Source: an uncultured Desulfarculus sp.
Lineage (GTDB): Bacteria > Desulfobacterota > Desulfarculia > Desulfarculales > Desulfarculaceae
Assembly: GCA_963665125.2 (NCBI GenBank)
Contig: CAXXUK010000001.1
Location: forward strand, 1,440,001-1,504,000
Length of the DNA stretch: 64,000 nt
Reading direction: 5' to 3'
In this document: positions 18,774 through 29,759 of the stretch, piece after piece
Layout of the letters: the number at the start of each line of letters is the position of its first letter
Position numbering within the stretch: position 1 is the first letter of the stretch
Made by a program: the position numbers and the translations under genes
The notes under the pieces: model-generated
What the model was told of the DNA's origin: nothing
What the model saw: only the letters and a program-made list of their open reading frames with translations
Database searches by the model: none

Positions 18774-20321
18774 TTATTTAGCCGTCATGCGCAGCTTTGC
18801 CATTTTAACGGCGATTTGCTCTTCGTTTGTGTTTTTATCCCTGACAAGCACCTCTCTGGCTGAAAATGTCTGATGGGCCTTGTCAAGGGTCGCCGACGCC
18901 CTGGGCGTGCGAATCTGAACCCCTTGTTCCGCCCTTCCCCTCACATCCAGCCAAATGGTCCCGGCAGGCATGACCTGCTCCATTTTGCGTACTTTTTCCC
19001 GAAGGCGCTGGATCTCGTAAACCAACTCCTCAATCCTGTGACTGCCCTGATCAACGCCCTGCTTCAGGGCCTCCCGCAATGGCTTGATCATATTGATCTG
19101 GGTGAGTTGGTTTTCCCTTTCCTTTTGGTCTTGGGTCTTATGGAATAGATGGATCAAATCGCGGAGTTCTTCTTCCGTGGATTCCAGCTCCTTTGCCTGG
19201 GCGTCAACAGCCTCGGCAATCTGATTTTGCTGATTAAGGGCCGACTCCAGATTCTTTTTAAAGGCCCAGTACTGCTTTTCAAACTCCGGGTTAACCCCGA
19301 TGCGTAAAACCGTGGCCTCGGATCTGGAGCAAAGCACGTCGGCTGCGGAGATGCCCTTGATGGCCGCCAGGTGGCTATCGACGATTCGTCCTTCCAAGCC
19401 GGTGACCTTCAACATACCGCCGGACTGGATGACGCTTTGGACTATCTCGGTATCAACGACAACATCGCCATTGCAGATCACCTTGGCGTCGCGCACGAAA
19501 CGGGCGGCCAAATCACCGCCAACGCGAACGGCGGCGCCCATGATGCCCGCATATACCATGACGTCGTTTTTTACCTCTATAACAGCGCGAGGCTCGATTG
19601 TTTCGACTTCCAGACTATAGCATTTGACCTTGAAGTCGGATCTAATGGTCCCGCATACCTTTACCGCGCCGGGAAAATCAATATGGCCTGTATTGAGATC
19701 CACGTCCTCCTTGACCACCAGGACGTTTTTAACCAGTATTTTTTCTTCCTCGGGCCGGGCGACCATGCCCACGACCGTTGAAACGGCCTTGGTTCCGTCT
19801 TCGACAATCTCAACGCCCTCGCCGCCCAGCAGCCTGAGCATGCGCGACTCCTCGGGATGCAGCGCATTGCCGAAGACATCCTTGCCCGGGTCGCCCCTCA
19901 GGCCTTTTTTCAGAGTTGCCAGCACCGTGCCCGGCTCGACGGTGGGGATTGGCCCACGGTCCCGAAAATCCACCTTGCCGCCTTTTTTCTCGCGGCCGAC
20001 AACACTGCCGACCAAATCGACATGCATGGTGATCTCGGCGTCCGAGCCTGTGGTCGGCATCTGGCCGCGGGCCACGAGGACGTTTTCTATGGGGTGGCCC
20101 TGCAGGATGCGGTCAATGGCCTGGCGCATGGCTTGAGCATCCAAGCCGTATTTAACGCCTTGTTTTTTCAGCAAATCGGTAATGGCATACTGGATCTGGC
20201 GCCGATCCCATTCAGGCGGGCAGGCCCCGGAAAGATAAGCTGTCAAACGATCCTCGGAAACACTCAGTTCCAATTCCGTCTTTGAATTCAGCTTTTCGTT
20301 GTTGCTTACCTCTTCGCCCAC
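18774..20321 (-). CDS. DUF342 / FapA family protein
   Basis: VSEDRLTAY, KVDFRD, GKDVFG, DVDLNTGHIDFPGAV; directly upstream of the motAB region. Confidence 0.85.
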   Translation of the reverse strand: MGEEVSNNEKLNSKTELELSVSEDRLTAYLSGACPPEWDRRQIQYAITDLLKKQGVKYGLDAQAMRQAIDRILQGHPIENVLVARGQMPTTGSDAEITMHVDLVGSVVGREKKGGKVDFRDRGPIPTVEPGTVLATLKKGLRGDPGKDVFGNALHPEESRMLRLLGGEGVEIVEDGTKAVSTVVGMVARPEEEKILVKNVLVVKEDVDLNTGHIDFPGAVKVCGTIRSDFKVKCYSLEVETIEPRAVIEVKNDVMVYAGIMGAAVRVGGDLAARFVRDAKVICNGDVVVDTEIVQSVIQSGGMLKVTGLEGRIVDSHLAAIKGISAADVLCSRSEATVLRIGVNPEFEKQYWAFKKNLESALNQQNQIAEAVDAQAKELESTEEELRDLIHLFHKTQDQKERENQLTQINMIKPLREALKQGVDQGSHRIEELVYEIQRLREKVRKMEQVMPAGTIWLDVRGRAEQGVQIRTPRASATLDKAHQTFSAREVLVRDKNTNEEQIAVKMAKLRMTAK

Positions 20322-20429
20322 AAAACCGCTCCAGCAGATCCAGCCAAGAAAATGAGGCCTTATTCACACGAATGAAATGTTGCAATCATAGCAAAAAACA
20401 TACAACTTCCGCCAGTTATTGAAAACAAA

Positions 20430-21728
20430 TCATTGATTTAATCCCAGGATGCCCGGGCCGCCCAGGGCAAACATCCCGGCCACGCAGCCGGTCATCAGGG
20501 TTGTCAACGTGGCGGCCCAAAGCGCCTTTAGCCCCATGCGGGACAGTTCCCCCAGCCTGCCCGGAGCCAATGCCCCAAAACCGCCGATATATATGGCCAT
20601 GGAGCCGACATGGGCAAAGCCGCAAAGGGCGTAGGTGGCGATAAGGGGGCTGCGGCTGTAGGTCAGTTGCCCCGCCTCGAGCATCTGGGCCAGCTGCACA
20701 TAGCCCGGAATCTCGGTGACAATGACCCGCTCTCCCACAAGCTTGGCCACAAGCGGCGCATCTTCCAGCGGCACACCCATGGCCACGGTAAAAGGCCAGG
20801 CTGCATAAGCAAGCAGTTGTTTGAGGCCAAAGCCATCCAGGCCCACCAGGCTGAACCCGCCGCCGATGATTTTTTCCAACAGGGCGGCCAGCCCCAAAAA
20901 GCCCAACAACATGGCGCAGATACCCACCCCCAGCTTGACTCCGTCCATTGATCCGGCGCTGATGGCTTCCATGATGCCGTCGTATTGACCAATGTGGGGG
21001 TCAACGGTCCGGCCTGCGGTCAAGGGCTCGTCCATTTCAGGTTCCATGAGCTTGGCCACAACGATGGCCGCCGGGGCGGAGATGATCGAGGCGCTGATCA
21101 AATGACCGGCGATATTGGGAAAATACATGTGTAAAGTTGCTACGTACAAGCCTAGAACCGTGCCCGCCACCGTGGCCATGGACGCCGTCAAGAGTTGGAA
21201 AAGTTCGGAGTGAGTCATGTCCGGCAGAAACGGCCTGACCACGCCAGCGGACTCGGCGCCCACGAAAATGTTGCCGGCCACGCCCAGGCTCTCGGCGCCG
21301 CTGGTGCCCAGGGTGCGCACAAACAGCCGGGCGAAAAGCTTGACCAGCCGCTGAATGATGCCCGCTTGGTACAACAAGGCCATCAAGGCCATGAAGAACA
21401 CCACCGTGGCCAGGCCCTGGAAGGCCAGGATGAAGCCAATGGAGCCGTCCGCGCCCGGCGGCTGGGCCAGGGGCCCGAACAGGAACTCGGTTCCGGCATG
21501 GGCGCTGTCCAGCACGGCCAGGAACACGCCGTTGATCCAGAGCATCACCTTGCCGCCGGCGGGAAGCGCGAAAAATACGAAGGCCAGGGCGAATTGCAGG
21601 CCCAGGCCCCAGGCGACAGCGCTCCAGCGGATCTTGCCCTTGCCCAGGCTGCTGAGCCGGGCCAAGGCCAACAGGCAGATCAGCCCGCCGAAACTGATGA
21701 AGTTGTAGAACAACGGCGCTTGTCTCAT
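20430..21728 (-). CDS. Concentrative nucleoside transporter (NupC/CNT family)
   Basis: GTSGAESL..AGNIFVG..ES, MATVAG, TYALCGFAHVGS motifs. Confidence 0.92.
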   Translation of the reverse strand: MRQAPLFYNFISFGGLICLLALARLSSLGKGKIRWSAVAWGLGLQFALAFVFFALPAGGKVMLWINGVFLAVLDSAHAGTEFLFGPLAQPPGADGSIGFILAFQGLATVVFFMALMALLYQAGIIQRLVKLFARLFVRTLGTSGAESLGVAGNIFVGAESAGVVRPFLPDMTHSELFQLLTASMATVAGTVLGLYVATLHMYFPNIAGHLISASIISAPAAIVVAKLMEPEMDEPLTAGRTVDPHIGQYDGIMEAISAGSMDGVKLGVGICAMLLGFLGLAALLEKIIGGGFSLVGLDGFGLKQLLAYAAWPFTVAMGVPLEDAPLVAKLVGERVIVTEIPGYVQLAQMLEAGQLTYSRSPLIATYALCGFAHVGSMAIYIGGFGALAPGRLGELSRMGLKALWAATLTTLMTGCVAGMFALGGPGILGLNQ

Positions 21729-21838
21729 GGTGCTCCCTATCGTGAAAATGTAGGCGATCTAACCTAGCACAATCGTATATTGAATGACAATTGAACGCCG
21801 CTTGCGGTTATCGCCGCGTGATGGTAATCAATTGCGCC

Positions 21839-23827
21839 ATGATCACACTTCACGATGTACATAAATTTTACGGCAAACAGGACGTGCTCCAAGGCGTTGA
21901 CCTGCACATAGGTCCGGGCATGCGCTTCGGCCTGGTGGGGCCCAATGGCGCAGGCAAATCCACCCTGCTGGGCCTGATTCTTGGCCGGGTGGAGCCGGAC
22001 CAGGGCTCGGTTTTCAAGGCCAAGGGCCTGCGCCTGGGCTATCTGCCCCAGGATTTGTTGAAATTCGGCGGACAAACCGTTCTGGAGCTGGCCATGGACA
22101 CCGGCGACAGTCTGGGCGAGGTCGAGGCAGAGCTGGCCGAGGTTCATCACGAATTGGCCGCGGGGTCCAACGAAGAAACCACCGCCGAATTGCTGGAACG
22201 CCAAGGCCGACTGCAAAGCATCTTCGAAAACCTGGGCGGCTACGACCTGGAGGCCAGGGCCTTACGGGTGCTGGCCGGACTGGGCTTTCGCCAGGACCAG
22301 CTCCACCGCGACGTGGGCGAACTCTCCGGCGGCTGGCTCATGCGCGCCGCCCTGGCCCGCATTCTCTTGAGCGCGCCGGATCTGATCCTTTTGGACGAAC
22401 CCACCAACCACCTGGACCTGGAGTCGCTCTTGTGGCTGGAGACCCAGCTGGTGCACATGCAGGCATCCCTGGTGCTGGTCAGCCACGACCGCGTATTTCT
22501 GGACAAGGTCGTCAACCATATCGTCGAACTTGATCAAGGCAAGCTCTACAACTACGGCGGTGGCTACTCCCAATTCCTTGAGCAGCGCGAGTCCCGGCGC
22601 AAGGCCCAGTTGGCGGCCTATGAAGCCCAGCAGGATCGCATCAAGGAGATGGAGCGCTTTATCGAGCGCAACCGCAGCCGCAAATCCAGCGCACCCCAGG
22701 TCCAGAGCAGAATCAAGGCCCTGGAAAAGATGGAGCGGCTGAGCCCGCCGGACCAGGACGAGATCATGTCCCTGGAGCTTCCGCCCGCGGACCGTTCGGC
22801 CAAGGTGGTTGTCGAGCTTTTGGACGTGGGACTCTGCTATGGATCAAACCAGGTCTACGACAACCTGAACCTGATCGTCGAGCGGGGCGACCGCCTGGCC
22901 CTTTTGGGCCGCAACGGCGCGGGCAAGTCGTCGCTGTTGCGCCTGTTGACCGGCGCGGTAACGCCCCAAAAGGGCCGCCGTTTGCAGGGCGGCCGAGTGC
23001 AGATGGGCGTATTCAACCAGCACAGTATGGAAAACCTGGATCCGGAGCGCGACGTGCTCACGGAACTGGGCACGGTGGCCGGTATGATGCCCCACAGTCG
23101 CCAGCGCAGCCTCCTGGGCGCGTTCCTGTTCCGGGGCGACGATGTATTCAAACGAGTTCGGGTATTAAGCGGCGGCGAACGCTCCAGGCTGGTTCTGGCC
23201 AAGCTGTTGATCAGCAGGCCCAACTTTCTGCTCCTGGACGAGCCCACAAACCACCTTGACCTGTCCAGCCGCCTGGTCCTGGAAAAGGCCCTGAAAGAAT
23301 ACGACGGCACCCTGGTGCTGATCAGCCACGACCGCAGCCTGGTCAACGCCGTGGCCAACAAGGTGGCCTATGTCGCCGATGGCAAGGTCACGGTCTTTCC
23401 GGGCGATTACGAGGATTTTCTGCGCCTGTGGAAGCACCGCATCGAACCGACGGCGGTTGAGGCGCCCCAGGCCGATGATGATGCCCCGGTCGAGTCCGCT
23501 ACCCAGGCGAAACCCGCCGCCCAGAGCCCGGGCCGCAAGACAGCCGAGCAAAAGCGCCAGGAGGCCGAGGCCCGAAACGCCATGTTCAAGAAGCTCCAGC
23601 CCCTGCGGGCCGAATTCGCCCGGGTGGAAAAGCAATTGGACGAGGCCACGGCCCAAGTGGATGTCCTGGTTGAAAAGATGCTCGACCCGGAGGCCACGGG
23701 CGATGCGTCCCGCTGGCAGGAGCTGTCAAAGGAACACCGCGAGGCCACCGACCGCCTGGAGCAAATCAGCGCCCGCTGGGAGGAAATCGCCCTGGAGCTT
23801 GAGGAATTGGAGCAACAGGAGGCCTGA
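21839..23827 (+). CDS. ABC-F family ATPase (YheS/Uup-like)
   Basis: Two ABC domains ([23 protein letters not shown] and [14 protein letters not shown]), no TM segments, C-terminal coiled coil. Confidence 0.93.
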   Translation: MITLHDVHKFYGKQDVLQGVDLHIGPGMRFGLVGPNGAGKSTLLGLILGRVEPDQGSVFKAKGLRLGYLPQDLLKFGGQTVLELAMDTGDSLGEVEAELAEVHHELAAGSNEETTAELLERQGRLQSIFENLGGYDLEARALRVLAGLGFRQDQLHRDVGELSGGWLMRAALARILLSAPDLILLDEPTNHLDLESLLWLETQLVHMQASLVLVSHDRVFLDKVVNHIVELDQGKLYNYGGGYSQFLEQRESRRKAQLAAYEAQQDRIKEMERFIERNRSRKSSAPQVQSRIKALEKMERLSPPDQDEIMSLELPPADRSAKVVVELLDVGLCYGSNQVYDNLNLIVERGDRLALLGRNGAGKSSLLRLLTGAVTPQKGRRLQGGRVQMGVFNQHSMENLDPERDVLTELGTVAGMMPHSRQRSLLGAFLFRGDDVFKRVRVLSGGERSRLVLAKLLISRPNFLLLDEPTNHLDLSSRLVLEKALKEYDGTLVLISHDRSLVNAVANKVAYVADGKVTVFPGDYEDFLRLWKHRIEPTAVEAPQADDDAPVESATQAKPAAQSPGRKTAEQKRQEAEARNAMFKKLQPLRAEFARVEKQLDEATAQVDVLVEKMLDPEATGDASRWQELSKEHREATDRLEQISARWEEIALELEELEQQEA

Positions 23828-24802
23828 TCAGGCCAGGCTCAATGCCGCCTGGTGATAGGCCCGTTCCTTGTCCAAAACAGCCCTGAGAGCCGGTTCAATG
23901 CTCAGGAAATCCGGATCGTCGCCCTCTGATACAGCCTTGCAGGCCTCGGCCAACTCCGTCCAGGCCTCGGCCACCTCCCGCATCATTTCCGGCAGGCCCA
24001 AAGCCGCGACCCGTGGCAGCAGCCTGGCCGCCTCGCCAAGGAAATCGGCGTACATCAACCTAAAGCCGCCGCCGCCCGTGCCGCGCTTTTCAATGACCTG
24101 ATAGGTGAAGCGGGCGGTCCACTGCCAGTCCTCAAAATCATCCCACTCATGCAATTCGCCCAGCCAGTATTCCATGGCCGGAATGCCGCCGAACTCGCCA
24201 AGGCCTTCAAATATCCGGTCCGAACAAAACACTATGGCCTCGGCTACTATGCGCTCCATGCCGCTGCTGATATCCAGAGATTCGGGAGCGAACATGTTGC
24301 CCTGGTTTGTGAACATGGGGGTAACGCTGAAGCGGGCCTTTTGCATGGCCTCAAAGGGCACCCGCTGCAACTCGGTGCGCTCGGTGTCCGAGACTATGAT
24401 CTGGTCCTCATCCGGATCATAGCCCCAGGCAACGATGACATGGCCGGGGAAATGGGTCGAGGAATTATAATAAGGCAGATAGTAGATATCGGTCTGCAGC
24501 AAGACTGGCCGGCCTTGGTCCAGGGCCTTGATCAGGCCCTGATGGCTGGCCGGTGGGTCGGCAAAGGTGGCCCAGTTGAAGTCCAGGCCGATGCGGCGGA
24601 AGAATTGCTCTTCCAAATCCTGGGAGCGTACGTGCACCAGCCGTGAAGGTTTGTCGGACGGGAAACGCCAGATGCCCAGGCCCGCTCCAATGCCGAAACA
24701 CATGGCCTCGCTGAGTTTGATGCCGTGGAAGTCGACAAGGTCACGAATACCGCTGCTGGCGCAGTGACGGCCCGGCCGGTGGGTGTCGGCGATCAGGGGC
24801 AT
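23828..24802 (-). CDS. BtrH N-terminal / DUF4872 domain protein (papain-like)
   Basis: GRHCASS, LSEAMCFGIGAGLG, DIYYLPYY..HFPGHVIV, IEKRGTGGGGFR motifs. Confidence 0.85.
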   Translation of the reverse strand: MPLIADTHRPGRHCASSGIRDLVDFHGIKLSEAMCFGIGAGLGIWRFPSDKPSRLVHVRSQDLEEQFFRRIGLDFNWATFADPPASHQGLIKALDQGRPVLLQTDIYYLPYYNSSTHFPGHVIVAWGYDPDEDQIIVSDTERTELQRVPFEAMQKARFSVTPMFTNQGNMFAPESLDISSGMERIVAEAIVFCSDRIFEGLGEFGGIPAMEYWLGELHEWDDFEDWQWTARFTYQVIEKRGTGGGGFRLMYADFLGEAARLLPRVAALGLPEMMREVAEAWTELAEACKAVSEGDDPDFLSIEPALRAVLDKERAYHQAALSLA

Positions 24803-24827
24803 GGGCGCTCCTTGATGGCTGGGGGCA

Positions 24828-25001
24828 TCAATCCATGCCCAGGAATTTTTCCAGTTCGGCTATCTCTTGTTCAATCTCGCGGCGTTCCTCATCGCTGAGC
24901 GTGTCGGCTTCCTGCTCCAGGCGGCGCTCCAGGTTAAGGAGCTGCCTTCCGCTACGATATTCGCCACAGGTGATGGTGACCTGAACCAATTCAATCTCCA
25001 C
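24828..25001 (-). CDS. Small acidic coiled-coil hypothetical protein (57 aa, missing from the ORF track)
   Basis: Manual translation: MEIELVQVTITCGEYRSGRQLLNLERRLEQEADTLSDEERREIEQEIAELEKFLGMD*. It fills the gap directly upstream of the BtrH-like gene. Confidence 0.6.
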   Translation of the reverse strand: MEIELVQVTITCGEYRSGRQLLNLERRLEQEADTLSDEERREIEQEIAELEKFLGMD

Positions 25002-25159
25002 GAAACCAAAGGTTTACAGACTAAAATTTATTTATCACGGCAATGGGGCGTTGACAATGCGGCGTGTTGACAATTCCGCTCGTTTTGCGATCATGGGCCA
25101 CATAATCGCACTCGGCCAAAGCGTTGTTTAGCCGGGCGCCGGAATCATGGAGGCTGGCC

Positions 25160-26110
25160 ATGCCGCGAAAAAACCGCCTTGAACGCCTGACCGGAGGGGC
25201 CTTGGGCTGCATGTGCGGCGATGCCCTGGGCATGCCCGTGGAAGGCTGGACAGCCACGGCTATCAGAAAAACCCACGGCGTTTTGGACCGGATGATTGCC
25301 GGACGCCTGCCCGCCGGGTCATACACCGATGACTCCCAGATGATGATCGCCATCCTGGAGTCGCTGGCGGAATGCGGCGGCCGATTTGATCCGGCGGACC
25401 TGGCCCGTCGTTTCGCCCGAAAATTCCAGCCCTGGCGGGGCTATGGCGGCCGCATAGCCGGGGTGATGGAGCGCATAAGCGCCGGAGCCAAATGGGACCA
25501 GGCAGGAACCGATTCCTTTGGCAATGGCGGGGCCATGCGGGTAGGCGTGCTTGGGGCATGGCTGGCCCACGACCCGGACACCCTACTTCGGGCGGCCCTG
25601 GACCAATGCCTTATCACCCATTCCCATCCCCGGGGTCTGGCCGGGACGGCGGCCCAAGCCCTGGCCGTGGGCCGGGCCTGCCGTTTGGCCGACAATGGCC
25701 TTGTCGTGGACCAGCAAGATTTCATCGACTATCTGGTGAAAAAAACATCGCCAATCGACGCACATATGGCGGGCCGCCTGAAGGCCATGCCCACCCTGCA
25801 AGGCCTGGAGTTCGACCAGGCCGTAAACGCCCTGACCGAGGAATACGCCTGTGACGTCACCGCCGCCGAAGCAGTGCCCCCGGCCATCGGCTCGTTCATA
25901 TGGGCCAGCGGCGGCCATTCGGCCAAGGAGGCCATTATTTTGGCCGTGAACCTTGGCGGCGACACGGACACCATCGGCGCCATGGCCGGAGTTTTGGCCG
26001 GTGTTTATTGGGGCAAACAAAGCCTGCCCCAAAACTGGACTCAAACTCTGGAGAACGGCCAAGACGGCCACGACAGGGTAAATGAGCTATGCCTGCGTTT
26101 GTGTGAGTAA
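25160..26110 (+). CDS. ADP-ribosylglycohydrolase (DraG/ARH family)
   Basis: GDALGMPVE, YTDDSQM, GNGGAMR, GGDTDTIGAMAG motifs; GGAGG RBS. Confidence 0.92.
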   Translation: MPRKNRLERLTGGALGCMCGDALGMPVEGWTATAIRKTHGVLDRMIAGRLPAGSYTDDSQMMIAILESLAECGGRFDPADLARRFARKFQPWRGYGGRIAGVMERISAGAKWDQAGTDSFGNGGAMRVGVLGAWLAHDPDTLLRAALDQCLITHSHPRGLAGTAAQALAVGRACRLADNGLVVDQQDFIDYLVKKTSPIDAHMAGRLKAMPTLQGLEFDQAVNALTEEYACDVTAAEAVPPAIGSFIWASGGHSAKEAIILAVNLGGDTDTIGAMAGVLAGVYWGKQSLPQNWTQTLENGQDGHDRVNELCLRLCE

Positions 26111-26159
26111 ATACCTATTGACGAATCGCCCGTCTACTGATAAAAACGCTTTCACTCAC

Positions 26160-26235
26160 GGGCTGCTAGCTCAACTGGCAGAGCAACGGACTCTTAATCC
26201 GTAGGTTCAGTGTTCGATCCACTGGCAGCCCACCA
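26160..26235 (+). tRNA. tRNA-Lys (anticodon CTT)
   Basis: GGGCTGC/GCAGCCC acceptor stem, ACGGA-CTCTTAA-TCCGT anticodon arm, CAGTG-TTCGATC-CACTG T arm, encoded CCA. TTGACG-N17-TAAAAA promoter-like element upstream. Confidence 0.97.
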
Positions 26236-26963
26236 AGAGATTTCAGGGACTTAGCTTCGGCTAAGTCCCTTTCTCTTTGCTCTGGTTGCGCCTGGGTTGC
26301 GGACGGTTGCAACTGGTCAAGCTCATCAACTTCACCCTTTGCATGACCTGGCAGATAGTGAAAATACTGGTCCAAGGTGAACTTAACGCTGTGGTGCCCT
26401 AGTTGGCCGCTTACGTCAGCAAGGTTATGACCAGCCATTATCCTAAGTGTGGCATAGGTGTGGCGGATATCGTGGATACGTCGGCGGGCAATGTTCAGGC
26501 GGTCTTGAGCTTTGTTCCATACCTTGCGGAAATTGTTCACGTCAATCATGGTGCCTGCTGTATTCACAAACACCACTTCCGGCATCGAGCCCCAACCGTT
26601 TGCAAGGGTCTCGCTCTTGCGTTGGTGTTTTAGCTCTTGCAGTTCAGCGGTTAGCTGAAGGCTCATGTCCACCTTACGCGCCTTGCCACTTTTAGGTGTG
26701 CTAAGCCCATATTGCCCCATTGCGCGGCGCACATGTATAACGCGATTGGTGAAGTCTATATCGCCCCACTCCAGGGCTATCGCCTCGCCAACGCGCATAC
26801 CAGTACGCGCCAAGCACAACGCAAACGGGTAGTAAAAAGGCCACCTGTCTTTTACGTCCTGCAAGACCTGATCAAGTTCACTCGCCGTAAACGGCGTAAT
26901 GGTATCTTCGCCCGGCTCAGACTTTCCTAGTCTGCCGACCTGGATTGCCGGGTTGTGCTGGAT
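26166..26963 (-). pseudogene. Phage/ICE-type tyrosine integrase, N-terminus removed by an IS3 element
   Basis: TGMRVGEAIAL, HDIRHTYAT, LGHHSVKFTLDQY. The frame stays open (IQHNPAIQVGRLGK...) up to the IS end at 26964. Confidence 0.88.
26245..26278 (+). terminator. Terminator after tRNA-Lys
   Basis: AGGGACTTAGC-TTCG-GCTAAGTCCCT perfect 11-bp stem with a UUCG loop, then TTCTCTTT. Confidence 0.85.
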
Positions 26964-28219
26964 TGATCCAGCCCAGTTTTGACGGACACCCGATTAAGCG
27001 AGTAAATTGCTTAACGGAGGTGTTCGATGCCATCACAGAAGAGCCAGAAGAAATCCACCAGGCGGCGCTATTCGCCGGAGTTCAAAATCGAAGCTCTGGG
27101 CTTGGCTGAGCAGGTTGGCGTTGCCGGTGCGGCCAAGCAGCTTGGCCTGCATGAGTCCCAGGTTTACGCTTGGCGCAAGAAGGCCCGCTATGAGGCCAGC
27201 CGCAGCGAGACCGAGAAGGAACTGGAGCTCGAAAACGCCAAGTTGAAGCGGCAGTTGGCCAAGAAGGAAGAGGAGTTGGCCATATTAAAAAAGGCCGCGG
27301 CGTACTTCGCGAAAAGCCTGAAGTGAAGTACGCGTTCATGCAGCAAAACGCAGGCACATACAGCGTCACGGCGCAATCCGAGGCCTTTGGCGTATCACGT
27401 GGCGGGTATTATGGCTGGCGGCGCAGGCTGCAAAATCCCAGTCAGAGGCAGATGGAGCGTGAGAGGCTCGATCACCTGGTGAAAGAAGCCTTTGAAGTTC
27501 GCAAGGGCCGTAGCGGAGCAGTTGGGCTGACTCTCGACCTTGATGAGCAAGGCCGTAAATACAACCGCAAAACAGTGGCCAAGAGCATGAATAGACAGGG
27601 CCTGGTGGCCAAAGCGGCCAGGAAGTTCAAGGCCACCACGGATTCGGATCACGGTATGCCGGTTGCTCCAAATCTGTTGGCCCAGGACTTTAACGCAACG
27701 GCTCCAAATCAGAAGTGGGTCTGTGATATCACTTACCTTTGGACCGGCGAGGGCTGGTTGTATCTGGCGGTGGTGCTCGACCTGTTTTCGCGCATGGTGG
27801 TTGGCTGGGCCATGGATAAGCGCATGAAAGCCGATTTAGTCTGTGACGCCTTGCAGATGGCCTTGTGGCGACGGCATATGTCCAAAGGTGTGTTGGTTCA
27901 TTCGGATCGGGGCAGCCAGTATTGCTCTAGGAAATACCAGGCCCTTTTGACCAAGCATGAACTGGTTTGCAGCATGAGCGGCAGAGGCAACTGTTATGAC
28001 AACGCCGTGGCCGAAAGCTTCTTCCATACCCTCAAGGTGGAACTGATCCACGGTGAGCACTTCGCCACCCGCCAAGGTATGCGCCGTGCCGTATTCGAGT
28101 ATATCGAGGTTGACTACAACCGAAACAGGAGACACAGTGCCAACGGATACATCAGCCCGCTGGCCTTTGAAAATCAAATTGTCGCTTAAACAATTGTCCG
28201 TCGTTTGTGGGGTAGATCA
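26964..28219 (+). mobile_element. IS3-family element, copy 1 (1256 bp; orfA 27027-27326, orfB 27323-28189)
   Basis: Imperfect 25-bp IRs TGATCCAGCCCAGTTTTGACGGACA / TGTCCGTCGTTTGTGGGGTAGATCA; A6G frameshift site; DDE motifs [24 protein letters not shown]. Confidence 0.95.
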
Positions 28220-28858
28220 AAAAGCATGAATAGGCAGGGCCTTGTAGCTAAAGCGGGCAGGAAGTTCAAGGCCACCACGGATTCGGATCACGGTAGGCCG
28301 GTGGCTCCAAATCTGTTGGCCCAGGACTTTAGCGCAACCGCTCCAAATCAGAAGTGGGTCTGCGACATCACCTACCTTTGGACCGGCGAGGGCTGGTTGT
28401 ATCTGGCAGTGGTGCTCGACCTGTTTTCGCGCATGGTGGTGGGCTGGGCCATGGATAAGCGTATGAAAGAAGACCTGGTCTGTGACGCATTGCAGATGGC
28501 CTTGTGGCGGCGGCATATGCCCAAAGGTGTGATGGTCCATTCGGATCGTGGCAGCCAGTACTGCTCCCGGAAATACCAGGCCCTCTTGGCCAAACGTGAA
28601 CTGGTTTGCAGCATGAGCGGTAAGGGCAACTGTTATGACAACGCCGTGGCCGAAAGCTTCTTCCATACCCTCAAGGTGGAGTTGGTTCATGGCGAAAGCT
28701 TCGCCACTCGACAGGACTTACGCCGGGCCGTATTCGAGTATATCGAGGTTGACTACAACCGTAACAGGAGGCACAGTGCCAATGGCTACATCAGCCCGCT
28801 GGCCTTTGAAAACCAAATTGTCGCTTAACCAACTGTCCGTTGTTGATGGGCTGGATCA
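28220..28858 (+). mobile_element. 3' half of a second copy of the same IS3 element (copy 2), fused directly to copy 1
   Basis: Starts in mid-orfB (AAAAGCATGAATAGGCAGG), appears identical to the matching part of copy 4, and ends in the IRR ...GGGCTGGATCA. Confidence 0.92.
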
Positions 28859-29653
28859 AATAAACAAAAACACGTCCAAACATTTATCAATATTTGCTGT
28901 AAGCGAATGAGAAAGTTCTGCGCCTTGGTGTCTGTATATTTTTCCACCAAGAAAGCGGCACCTTTGCTCAATATTCTTCCAGCTTGCCCATGCCGCTGCT
29001 AACAGTTCATTGGATCCTGCTTTATATACTTCATCATCACCTACTTCCGGCAATTCAGGTAATTGTACAAAATTGTCATCGGTGAACCATTTGTTTCGAT
29101 GAGCCTCCATGAGCAATGAGTTAGATAATACTCTAATTAATGCTATTATCGCATCATCAGCCGTGCAAGGGTCATCTTGGTCGTATTTCAAAGTTCGGTT
29201 AATTGCGACCTTTTTGTTAGCATGATTTTTAATAAATTCATCCTGTTTAATTCTCACGATATTAAATTGTTCTTCAGTCCTTTTTATATAAGATGCAACG
29301 CGTATATTTGGAGGCAACTTGGAGATATCACATTTACCTAAACATCCCAAAATAGAACGGTAAACGTGCTCAACTAATTTTATTAATTCAATTTCTTTTT
29401 CGACAATTAAGACGGCTTCTAAGCCAAGCTCACCTTCAATATAAGTTTTTAAAAATCTGAAATATGCTTCCCTCTTGATTTCGCGTTTTTTGTTTGGATA
29501 CTCCATTATTAAATCGTTTTGGCGACGGAATAGACCCAAAAAAAATTTAAGTTTTGTTCTTGTTAAAAGTATATCGTCGAAATGTTTTTCAAGAATATTT
29601 GAATCGAAAGAGCTTAATGACTCTTTGACTATTGATTCATCTATAGAAGACAA
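28859..29653 (-). pseudogene. Low-GC hypothetical protein, 3'-truncated by the IS
   Basis: AT-rich 265-codon ORF whose stop codon is supplied by the IS terminus. Confidence 0.6.
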
Positions 29654-29759
29654 TTAATTATTACCTTTATGCTCAAATATTTGGTCAGTAGATAGATTTT
29701 TGATTAAGCAGTAACAATATTAGTATTGCCGCTATCAATACATTGACGCCAATTAAATG

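Noticed and set aside
28205..28828. 207-aa ORF as an independent transposase
   Set aside because: Its start lies in the right IR of copy 1; it is a junction artefact of the truncated copy 2.
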